From the NCBI RefSeq assembly GCF_052425735.1, contig NC_135762.1:33728001-33792000 (forward strand): a stretch of 64,000 nucleotides of DNA. Reading direction: 5' to 3'. This DNA comes from Oculina patagonica (taxonomy: Eukaryota). Positions 22,273 through 33,900 of this stretch are shown one piece after another (within the stretch, counting starts at the first letter, position 1; the number at the start of each line of letters is the position of its first letter). Both the position numbers and the translations under genes were made by a program. The notes under the pieces were generated by a model. The model was not told where the DNA came from, did not search any database, and worked only from the letters and a program-made list of their open reading frames with translations.

Positions 22273-24363
22273 TCGGCTTTCGTGTGTCACGCACGTTAAG
22301 TTTCCTTGTATTGTCAAATTCGTAGTACGCCTTTCTTTAGTTTTAAAAAGGATTGTGTCCGAGGTTATAAATTTACTCACTGATAAGATAAAAAGCGAAA
22401 TTACAATAATGAACATAATAGAAGGAGTGGGGGACCATACGGTCAGAAATAACTGTCTAGAAAAATGTAAACGTTGCCCACCTTGGTAAACTTGCTATCT
22501 TATTGTGATTTGGCTACACTAAATTTACATATCTACTTGGGCCCAGCTCTTTTTTTAACTTGCTAAGGGCTAGTTTTTAGGCAAAATAATGACAAGAATA
22601 AGCAGAAGCATTAGAAGAAGGAACACAGTTGTTCTTCGTGTGTTTACACACTAAGAATCAAGGCGGCGTTAAGTAAAAAATCTCTGCTCCCCTTGTACTC
22701 ATGCTTGACTTCCTAGTCAGGGCAACTTAAATACAAAAATTGTTTTCAGGTTGCGTTTACTTTGTCGGTGTTAGCCAGATTTTGGTAAATATAGCTATTT
22801 AGTACTTCTCGAGTTTATTTAGAACAGGACTTTGACTGAGTGAAGTCTAAACATAGAGGCAGAGTTGTTGAGGTACAAACCTGCCTATGAACATGCCAAT
22901 TGTTTTTGCTGCGGTATTTACATTGCATTTTAGCTGATGCTCTGAAACAATATAGCACTCTGGGAGTGCCATTAATCATTCTTTAAATTTATATGTATAC
23001 GTTTATCTATTTTTCGTTCTCGGAAATATTAGCTTGTCAAGCTACTCTAAATTCGAGTTTAAATAAAGTTTTATTATTATTATTATTATTATTTGTACCA
23101 AGCCTCACTTGGCTACCTTGCAGTTTTGCGTAAAGTTTTATTACAACTATGATTGTATAAAACGAGTTTGGATCCAAACACAGTTGTGACGTCATGCTGT
23201 CATTTTTGGCACAAAAATTTGTTTTGTGAGATACAGTATCAAGTAAAATAGTCTTTGTAGTCGGACTTCGTGCGCTTTGCTAGAGGGTCCTCTTGCTGTT
23301 TGTTGACTCTCGATAGGAGAAGAGACAGCCGAAAATCGGTTAGAATTTACTTCATGTAGTCTATCACAAGGAGTGACAAAATGGTCACCACGTCATAAAC
23401 CATGCTTTTTGGTAGAGCAAACTGCATGATGGCTATATTTTCAGAAGCGTTATTTTTTGTTATTTTAGAAGAATGGTTCAGAAGTCTATAGCCATTACGT
23501 TCTTTGACTCATGGACTTCTGTTTAGTGATATTAAAGCATATAAAGGTAGTTGTGTTCAAGAGGATCTTTGAAATATGCCAAATGCCGAAATATCTATAA
23601 GAAGTCTGCCTAAGCAGTCAAAAAAATAAAACGTTTACGCTAATAAACACTTGTCCTTGCTTTATTTATTTCCCTTTTGTTGATAAAAGGAGTAAATTCG
23701 AGGAGGAAATTAAATGGAATTCTTCGTCATACTCGCCCCAGTCTAAGAGAGGACTGGGGAAGAGTCTAAAATGACATACCCCTTTATAGCTTTGATGTAT
23801 GGTCGGGGCTCCCCAAAAGCCATCATGACATATTCAAACAATTGGTGTATCTCGAATGGTTTATATGTGTGTTTTGTTGATTTATCTTGCTGACTGGCAT
23901 GCGTTTTGTAGAGTTCGTGTTGTCCCTCATATCTCGAGTTTTCTCAAAATTGCAAATTAGTGTCCGCTCAGTAAATATAGGACTGCAATATTGAAGGGGA
24001 ACTTTCATCATCTTTTTGAGGGGCTCAGTGGTTTGACTTTGCAGAATAACATTCGACGGCAGCTGACACCAGAGATGAATGTCCAAGACACTGATGTTCA
24101 CGTTTTTCCCAGATTCCTGTAATTTTGAAAGACCTTTCAGAAGATGCTCAATTTTTTAAATTTGTGTTCATAAAATTTTATTCAATAAACTGAGTACTGC
24201 AGTTACAGAACAAATACCCAGTGATCAAGAGAGTGCTCCTTAAAGCTATAGCTAACATTTCAAACTATTTACATCAATTACGTAACTACATGGACACAGT
24301 CCAAGTTAGGCGGTCACTTAAACTGCTGTTTTAAATTTAGCTCTCGGTGAGGCACGTCATTTA

Positions 24364-24705
24364 GGGCCCGGACGCACGGGGGCGAAGATCGCACCAGCCG
24401 GAGACAGGCGCCCGGGGACAGACACCAATGCGCCTGACACCGGGCCGCGCCCGCCGGAGCAGGACAGCAGCGACGACAGGCAGACGCACAGAGACGCAGG
24501 AGGCCAAGGACCGACCACACACACGGCCGCCCCGGCGGCACCGCCGGACGACCGCGCGACAGCGCGGAGCAAGACAGGACAAGCGAAAAAACGGCCCGGC
24601 CGGAACGAGACCCGCGAACGGGCGAAGGGACAGAACGAGACACGGACAAGGGGGAGAGCCGGGGGGCGAGACGGAGAGCCAAATTGTCGTCAGTGCGTCG
24701 GGCCC
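24364..24705. mobile_element. PIF/Harbinger (Tourist-like) MITE with TTA TSD
   Basis: tta|GGGCCCGGACGCAC ... GTGCGTCGGGCCC|tta. A 3-bp TWA TSD and GGGCC termini are typical of PIF/Harbinger. Confidence 0.75.
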
Positions 24706-24931
24706 TTAGCCATTACGATTACAAAGGTGTGAATAAATAATATAAATTAGGTTCTTAAAATCACATCAGTCTAGTCTAAGTATGCTGTAAAAGCCGTGCG
24801 GAAAAAGTTCTGATTCCGAAAAAACAATCAGTTTAAAGTAGTGCACCACTGCTAGTTTCCTATTTAGAAAGTAAGTAAGCTTTTATGGCTTTACTGGCTT
24901 AGTAACTAAAAATCGTAGGAAAGTTGACTAT

Positions 24932-27900
24932 TCAATTTCCACAGCATTTCCACTGAGCTTTCAGCTGCCAGTAGTTTCCACTTTTTATATACACCCCTTT
25001 TGCGTTTCCTGAAATATGAAATAAGAAATGAAAAACATGGTTAAAAAATGTGAGAAGCAAGGTACTTTCGTAAACTTATCATTCAAGGGGGACCTTGCTC
25101 ACAATGCTACAAAAACATTTACTTAAGGTAATGTCGAGAAGTCGCCTTCAAACTCGGCTATAGTCAAGGCTAAGTAATGCGGCGAATAGCTGTTTGTTAA
25201 CCCTATCCAGATCAAGGGGGGGGGGGGGGCGGGGGGACGGAAGGTGCCCGCGCTGACTGTGAACGCTAATAACGTTTTTAAGATTCAACTGAACGCTGCA
25301 ACTTTGCCAGTTTATCTAAAATTTAACTGGGAATAATTTGGGGGTATAGGTTGTTGTGTCAGGAACTTCACGTTACCATGGCAACGGCATTTTGACAGGC
25401 ATGTTTTCCCAAATTTGTAATTATTGTGTTCCTGTTAATGAAAAATTTACCTTAATGCAATTATTTTCACCTTTTTAGAGTTTCATGGCATTGTTTAATG
25501 GATTTTGAGTAGTTTGCAGTAATTTTGGGAGGTTTTCTGATGTTTTGGACAAATTTTAAAATCCAAGATGGCAGATCCAAGATGGCGGCTGTTTTCACAT
25601 CATGATGTAATTGTCACATGATGTGACGTCAACATCCCACGTGACATACATCAAAAGATAGATTTTTGGGCATACTATATATCCTCCAGAGTATCCTCCA
25701 GAGAAGCTATTCTCCCAGAGGAGACATAAGGAAGCAGATGATGATATATCCTCCAAGTTTTAATTGTGATTGCTTAAATAATCTGGAAAATAAGCCCGGA
25801 CTGAATAGGGTTAATTTTGTCGAGCAACAATGTTGCTTTGCAACTTGTAAAGCATTGAACATTGCGCGTACTACCACTCATGTTGCAAGTTGCGCCAACG
25901 TTTTGCGCGAGATAGACATGGGTTCAATTTTGTGTAACATGTTGCCGCACCGTGCATCAGGAGTGGTAATCAGATACGCACAATAAAGCTTTTCAGCTTG
26001 CAATGCAACATTGTTGCGCATAAGTTTACTAGAAAATGTTGCCATATTACTTCGCCTTTTGTAAAAGAAAAGTCAAATTCCACGTTTAGGCTCATCATTG
26101 AAATTCTCAAGTGCAAAATCTCAAGCCTCGTTTCAGTTATCCATAATTTTTCTCTGTGTCATTTGGGAACTATGATGTGTTGTGGGGAGTGCATGGAAGA
26201 ATAAAAAGGAATGAAAGAAGCATATCACCGAGAGAAACGCAGGAAAAATAATGACCATCAAGCTTTGGACTTTTAATTAGATTATTGTTTATAGTAGATT
26301 CTTAATTTTTTAGTACATTAGAGAGGGCCACAAATTTATTAGTTGTAAAACTATTACGTGTAACCCTCTATAAATAAAGTTTGATTGATTGATTGATTGA
26401 TTAAAAAACCCGTCCAAATGATGTTATGATTGAATTTGCAAAGTTAACGGAACGACGACACAAGAACAGGAGACGAGATAGTTACCTCCCCAGATAGTTG
26501 AAGTCCCCTTCGTCTTGGCAGATTCTGGATTATCAGTGTGCGAGTAGTTCTCCTCGATCGTAACCAAGTTCTCCTGTATGTTGCTGTTCTTTGCTTCTTC
26601 CCATACATGTTTATCGATTCCATACCAGGCCCCTTGGGTGCCTTGTTTGCGCATGTAAGCACGGCCGTTGCATGCTATGCCATACAAGTCGTCCCCATCT
26701 TGGCCAATCACATAGCAAACTTGTTGGTCCATGGCTGAGGAAGAAATCAATACAAAACGATGACTCAATCACATTAGTTTCTTAACATTTGTTTACACAG
26801 ATAGACGGCATCATTCATTCCCTTTTGTTAAGCTAACGATTCATTACCCGAACAAATTTTTATCATAATACAAAAAGTTCTAAGTTTTTTAACTTTACGA
26901 GTAGCCCTGGCCACGGATATCTAAGTCAACACAGGTTGGCGTATTATCCTGACCTGCGACTCCTCTTCCTTCGTGTACTTGATGTGACTTTCGTTCATTG
27001 ATACTTCCAACACAAGTCGACCACCTCAAGCAGTGGTTTTGCTAACTTAAATAATGCCACGCATGGTACTAATGTAAATCCGAAAACACTGATTAAAGCT
27101 TTCTTTTCAACGTGCTGTCAGTTTGGTAACCCAGCTGATGTCTGTACCCAAGTTCATTTGTGTCGTCTTTCGATTCCGTGTGGCCAGGGCTTTGGATGAT
27201 ACCCTTGTTATCCATGTAACAATAAAGTCAAAAGGTAACCAGTAAAAACCTTGTGGTATTTGGTGGCGTATTTTAATCCCTGCGCTTTTCACAGACAACT
27301 GAGATGAAAGAAAACTCGAAAGCTCTTGAGTGTACGCTTGTCGAGTCTTACTTTTAAACCAGAAATAACTTCATGTAAAAATATAAATTATATCTATGTG
27401 TTACCAATCCAGCTGTATGTCTTGTCAGCAGTTGAGTAGCAGCTTGACTTCACCCTGGAGTAAAAATAAACACCAGACATGATTAGTCCAAATTCCCTTT
27501 ACTGATTACAATATATTTGTTTTGATGTGAGTTGTGAGTAACAATAAACACCAGACACGATTAGTCCAAATTCCCTTTACTGATTACAATATATTTGTTT
27601 TGATGTGAGTTGTGAGTAACAATAAACACCAGACACGATTAGTCCAAATTCCCTTTACTGATTGCAAGATATTTGTTTTGATGTGAGTTGTGAGAATCTA
27701 ACAGTACATCATCACAATACTCATCCTCTAGCTAGTTGTTGACTATCCGTACTCTAGTCCTCTTTGTAGCTCTTTGTTTGGCAATGTAATGATATTGTAC
27801 GGAGTAATAAGTCACAGTGATCAGATACACTCTTTTTATTTTATAAGAATATTGTTTTTCCGACCCAGGCTGAATATTCTTATTTTCCTGTTGAATTTAG

Positions 27901-30900
27901 GCTGAAAACATTCTTATGAACATTCTTAGATAATACCCTTTAATACCGTTTGACATTTCCGTTTCAGTACGTAATGGGTATCAATTAATGTACTGTTCAT
28001 CGAACTGTCATGAGCATCGAACATTTTGGCTAGTGCAAGTTTTTATCGTGTTATTGGATAGTTAAAGGTTTTGCCGTTTAGAGAGATAAATGATTTTATA
28101 CGGTTCAGTTAATTAAAAAATATCTTATTCTATTTTATTTACAAATTTTCAACACAAAATTTTGTTCTTTTCAAAATCTCAGCCTCAGATTTATTCTTAA
28201 AATATTCTTAAAAATTCGCAAATTTCAGCCTTGATATTCTTATAAACTAGATTCTTATAAAATAAAAAGAGCGTAAGACGCCTAGGGTATATCTACCAGC
28301 CATACCTAAGAACACTAGAAACCTTATATTTAAGCGAAAAGAAACATTTTGGACTAATTTGGAATTTAAGTTACACTGAAGGCCACAAGAACAGACACAC
28401 AAGGTTTTGATAACAGTTTGCTCATTTTGAGAAGACATAGACCCTTGCCATAAGAATTATCTAGACCAAAAAGTATCGAGTTATTCTATCGAATTCAAAT
28501 TGCCTTGATTTTACCAAAAAGGGTTTGGATAGCCTGTCCGCCTGTACTTTGTTTTAGTTCTGATTACTTTAGAGTCAGAAAATTGTCAAAATATCTGTTT
28601 AAATGTAATATATTTACCTGTCCTTTGATTTCTGGCACACGTATAAAATGTCATTGGTTGGGTCCACCAGAAATCCTCGGCTATACACCTCTGGAATGAG
28701 AACAAATGGTGTATTATAAGATTACACTCAGTAATTTATTAAGTTTTAATTTGACGTTTTTGTTTCTGACTTTTCATGTATTAAAAGCGAAACCTCCCAA
28801 CAGTTAAAGGTCTTTCCCTCCATCTACCAACTTCTGAAAATATAGATGGAGCTAGGTTGGTAGGATAAATAAAAAATAAAACCATTAAACCAAAAAAACT
28901 CAGGAATGGACGAGCGGAATTAAACAATTCCGAGGGGCTTATTGATAGTTTTGTAATTGGTTTTTAAAAATGAATTTGAACTTTGAGCACAGGAATTATA
29001 CTTACCTGAAAGTTCTGAAGGCGTTTCCACAGGGGCACCATCACCTGAAAATACAATTGCAACAATATTGACAATTAATCTGTTATAAAACATGTGGGCT
29101 AAGTCTTTTAGGACGATTTTCACTTGAGTATCGAAAGTAATTTTCACTTGCTTTGGTTTGGCATCATTACGCTTATTGATTGGTTGAAAAAACTCGCGTC
29201 ATGTTCTCAAGCAATCAGAAGTCAAACCAAAACCAATCGTGACTCGCTCACAAACATTTTCCCGCGCTTCGCGCCGAAAACATGTACTTTGATTGGTTCA
29301 ATGTATTGTCCACTGCGATTGGCCAGAGTGATTACTTTGATTGTATAGCCATGCAGGGTAAATGATGCACGCCCTGGCCTTTGGCGGTAAGCCATTCTCG
29401 CGTCCTAATCGATTAGGAGTCAAGAATGGCCCCTCAAAATGTCGCAGTGCTCGCAATGCTCGCAAAATTTTAGTGGGTGCTCGTTTGCTCGTGCTCGCAC
29501 ATTTTTACAAGTGCTCGCATGCTCGGTTTTTAGTGGAGGTAAATTTTTTAAAAGTGCTCGTTGCTCGCAAGGCTAATTTTTCCAATGCTCGTGCTCGCAA
29601 AGAAAAACGCTGTGCTCGCATGCTCGCAAATGCTCGAAAGACCATTTGATACCCCTAATCGATTCTTGTTCGTGTTTTCTCAAGTACAAGTAGTGGTATT
29701 GTGTTGCTGAGTGTCAGAATTAAGAATGACGGGTTTGACCTCCCCGAGGCCGTGCTTAAATCGATAACAGTAACTGCAATAAAACCTAAGTCAAAGAAAA
29801 AGTCACTATGCAAATTTTAATTTACGGATATAGGAAGTTTCAATGATTTCGTGCAAGGAGGTTTTAAGTATTCAACCCTCCCCCACCCGCTCTTCAATAA
29901 TCGAATATGCCCGGCATGAAGTTTATGGTTCCCATTCTCCTCTTTACCTGGCGACTTAAACTTGAGAGACACTGGTACGGGAGGAGCTCCATACACCGCT
30001 GACATACTGAATGGACTGTATGACAGCTGTATCGGGGACACGGCGTAAGTGTCGCCTGGCGGCATAAGTCCATCAGGGTCCAGATTGCCTTCCACTGAGA
30101 AGGAGAAACGGTCCAAGAAGTGCATTCTATTGTCGAACTAGAAATAAAACATGACGAAATCAGAAACATGTACAGACTTGTCACGGAGGGCCCGCTGTTG
30201 GTTGCTGTTTACCTCGCTGTTTTCCTCGCTGCTCTGAGGTACGGAAAACGCGCCATTCTCAAATTTATAAACAACGTTTCTCTAGGTTTAATTTTCTACT
30301 CACGCTAAACTTGGGTCCTTGCTGTGTTTGCTGGTAGGTCAGCTCAGGATCATGGTCCAACTTAGTATACTTCACATATGGCGGTATCATCCAGAACACG
30401 TTCACATTGTCGGCGTATTGCTGTGATTGTTCGGCGTGATAGATGGTTCCATTGAAATGCACTTTAGAGCTGAGGAGATTTCAAATATCCTAAATTACCA
30501 TCTAACTAATTCATCAATGGATTTACAACCGTTCCTAAGAGTGATTCTCCAAAAGAATCAATAACAATACTTTTGGGTTGAGCTTTACCGTTAGCTTGAA
30601 GTCGTTTGCACTGATTCTTTGTCATCCCTACACCTGGGACAACAGCAAATGCTAAAAATAGGTCACCAAGGGTGACATGAGTCTAATGCCGTATGGCATA
30701 GTGATACAGATTGCGCGGTTTTCGTAAGCCGGTTAAAATTGGTTAGAGGTTTGTGTTCGGGAGTTTAATTTAAAATGCTTATAGCAAGCTAGGGGACGTG
30801 GATGATTATGGATGAAAACGAAACAGTCATAAATGTTATATGCTTCACAAAATTTAAAGTATGAACAGGAGTTGATGTTACTTCTTCCGTATTGTCCGTA

Positions 30901-33900
30901 AAAGCAGAAACGATTAAACATTTGGACAAGATTGCGTGACGATTTACAAAAAGCATGTTCATTACAACAAGGGTTGAAGAACTTCACATCGTTTTCTTTC
31001 AGATTTTTCACCATTTTGATGATGACTCTTGAAACAGATTTTGCAATAAAAGCACTTGAAATAGTGACTGTTACTCCATTGTACTGTAAGCACTTAGTGA
31101 CAGATTTTCCTAATCAAAAGCCCTCTGGGCTTAGTGTCTCGTGACTCTTTTCAGAGTTTAATTTATTTGAAATTTATTTTATCTAGTTTTGAAGCTGTGC
31201 TCCGTCGGCGAATCGAAGGTCTATATTGGCATGACGGAGCACAGCTTTAAAACTAGATATAACAACCACAAGCTCTCTTTCAAGCATCGTAAGCATTCCC
31301 ACGACACTGTCCTATCAAAGTACATCTGGGACCAAAGAGACAAAAACACCGATTTCTCAATCAAGTGGTCAATTGTCACGCGAGCAAGCTCTTACAGGGG
31401 AAACCAGTCTCGCTGCAATTTGTGTCTGACAGAGAAGCCTCTGCATTCTATCCGCTGACAGATCTACTCTCCTCAATAAGAGATCTGAATTAATCACCAA
31501 GTGCAGGCACGAAAACAAGTTTTATGCAGCCAGTCAAAAGCAGGATCGCTCAAACCGCCCTCCATGAGTGTAGTTTAAATTTTCTTTCAACTGCTATTAA
31601 CGGCACAGTCTGATGATCGCCTCGTGCGTGAAACTTTAAGTAACTGTCCGTGCAGTCTCAATCTTTTAATTATAGTATCCCGCTCTGCATGTATTTGCAT
31701 CGAGCACTCGTACGATTTGTGAAACCATTTACATTTTTCTTTGTTTATATATAAGATTACATGCTTAAAAACAAAGTTTTGAAATCGATGCCTTAATGGT
31801 ATCCATTGCGATCACTATCACGGTAATTAAGCGTCCATTGATTCATATATAATAATTGATTTTGCTATTTCTGTCAGGCGGATAATGTTTGTACTTATAA
31901 TTGTCACGCGCTTTTCCGATACCTTATCAAAAGCGATTTTTCCAAGCAGCCGAAGTAGCTGAAAAAAACAACATGTAGCGTTGAACAAAGGACTCCGATA
32001 ACAGCAGCAGAAATTTGAGAAATTCTCTGATAAGGTTCTGAATTGATTGTCGCAAAATATTATCTCTCAAGTAACGCAACCCGTGACATGTAATTATATA
32101 TAGCGTGCACGTAAATTTAGTGCTTTTGGAAAAATCCAACCGGTTGACCAAAATTTTGCTTTACTAATCCGAAAATACTTGGATCAATGATCTGAAGCCA
32201 CTAGAGATTTTTAGAAGATCTTGGGAAAGGATTCGAAAAAACTTGGCCCAGCGGTTTTTGTGAAATAGGTTCTAAACCATACGGAAGTTTGCAAATTAGA
32301 TAGGATAGCAGATAGTTTTATATTTTGAACGGGAAACAGGTTTAATAGAACAGCCACTGTGTGCCTAGAGAAGTTGTATACTTTTAAATTTCGAGTGAAA
32401 TTTGCACTGATCATTTCGCATCATTCTTCGCTCTCAGATGCTTTCTCGTCACATTTGCACGCTAAAGAACACTGTTTTTTTTGTAAAAATTTTGTATTTA
32501 AACTATTTTAGTTAGGATCGGAAAAATATTATTTTTTTATGAAAATTTTTACGGGGAGGAATCGTTCGATTTCTGATAAAAGAGGACAAGCCCCATTACC
32601 AAAACATATGTATTAGTTGTGTTACACAGAGCCCTACAGTAGGTTCCGCGTAAGGAACGGTGACCGCCACCAGGTAATAACCATGTCAATCTCCATGGTA
32701 TCACAAAGCAAAAGACTCCGTGACATTTAGCGAGGTAAATAGCTAGTTCAAGTACCCTAGAGAAATGGCAGAGAGAGAAAGAGAGGAAAGAAAATACGAT
32801 GGCGTGAGGTATTCTAAACCTCAGAAGGTCAATTGCGTACTTTTATTTTTACAATTAAGGTAAATTTCTTATGGAAGGGATTTTTTTATTTACTCGCCAG
32901 CTCCAGCAGCGCGCTCAAAACAATTCCTCAAGGCCGCGCTACTTTAGGGCGCGCCACTCACCCGAAGAATGTATAAAGATTTTGCGACAGGGGAGCGGCG
33001 GGGCTTTTTTTTCAGAGACTGGCTATGCATTTGTCGAGGACGCAGGAATAACACGGCTACCAGTTTTTTTTAGGAAAAATTTCTACACAATAGCCCCAAC
33101 CCTAACCTACAGTTGATAAACCAGCGCGTTAGTTGCGACCTTTTAAAGAAACATATTTCTTGAAGAAATTCCGGCGGCCCAGATCACAAAGCAAATGTTG
33201 AATGCGGGAAAATCCGCGGCCCAAAAGAAATGTTGACATGGGGGAAATCGGCGGCCCAGAAAGCAAACACGCATGGAATGCACCTCTCCCCCTGTAGAAT
33301 ATCTCGTGTCGTCATGACAACGTCATGACGTCACGAGACAAAAGGTGTAAATGCTCACGTCAATATAATGATGACTTTTGAACGCTGGAAACTAGGCATT
33401 ATTATCGAGCTACCATACACAGGAGCGAAGACTGTTTATCAGATGTACAATTCGCGAACACACTTCCATATCAAGTAACCATTTTATGATTTTTCTAGCT
33501 GTAAGAAGAACTTAAGATCTCTGAGAGTCGTAAAGATGAAATTCGATTTAGTGTATGGCAAAGGCCGGGACAGTGTAATACTGCAAAGCGGCCAAACAAA
33601 CGGATTTTGATTTAGTCGCGTAACTTGATTTACATTTATCCATGTAATCTTTTATTTTTGAAGGTTTTTGTTTGCACTGTAAAGAAAAAATTGGTCAAAA
33701 TTCGAATGACTTAAATACAAAAACCGAGGTAAAGTTTTCTATTTTTTAAAACAAAATAAATATTTGGTCGCATTGTGTAAATAAACGCGAGTCGCCGTCG
33801 AAATATTTTTTCTCAAAGACGTCTTGCTTTTTAAGCAAGACGAAAACACAAGTGCTTAACTGAACTGAAAACGAAGATTTATTTTCACAAAAAGCTTACA

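Noticed and set aside
23823-24117. Minus-strand ORF with a good acceptor, as the terminal exon of the orphan gene
   Set aside because: The exon at 24932-25008 comes first, is in phase and ends in a stop; translations of this segment show no recognisable features.
24314-24709. Four overlapping GC-rich ORFs, suggesting a gene or foreign (bacterial) DNA
   Set aside because: They fall within a TIR/TSD-bounded MITE whose lack of T removes stop codons.
27465-27694. CRISPR-like array (also the 39-bp array at 56320-56627)
   Set aside because: Head-to-tail repeats with no unique spacers, no cas genes, and a eukaryotic intron context.
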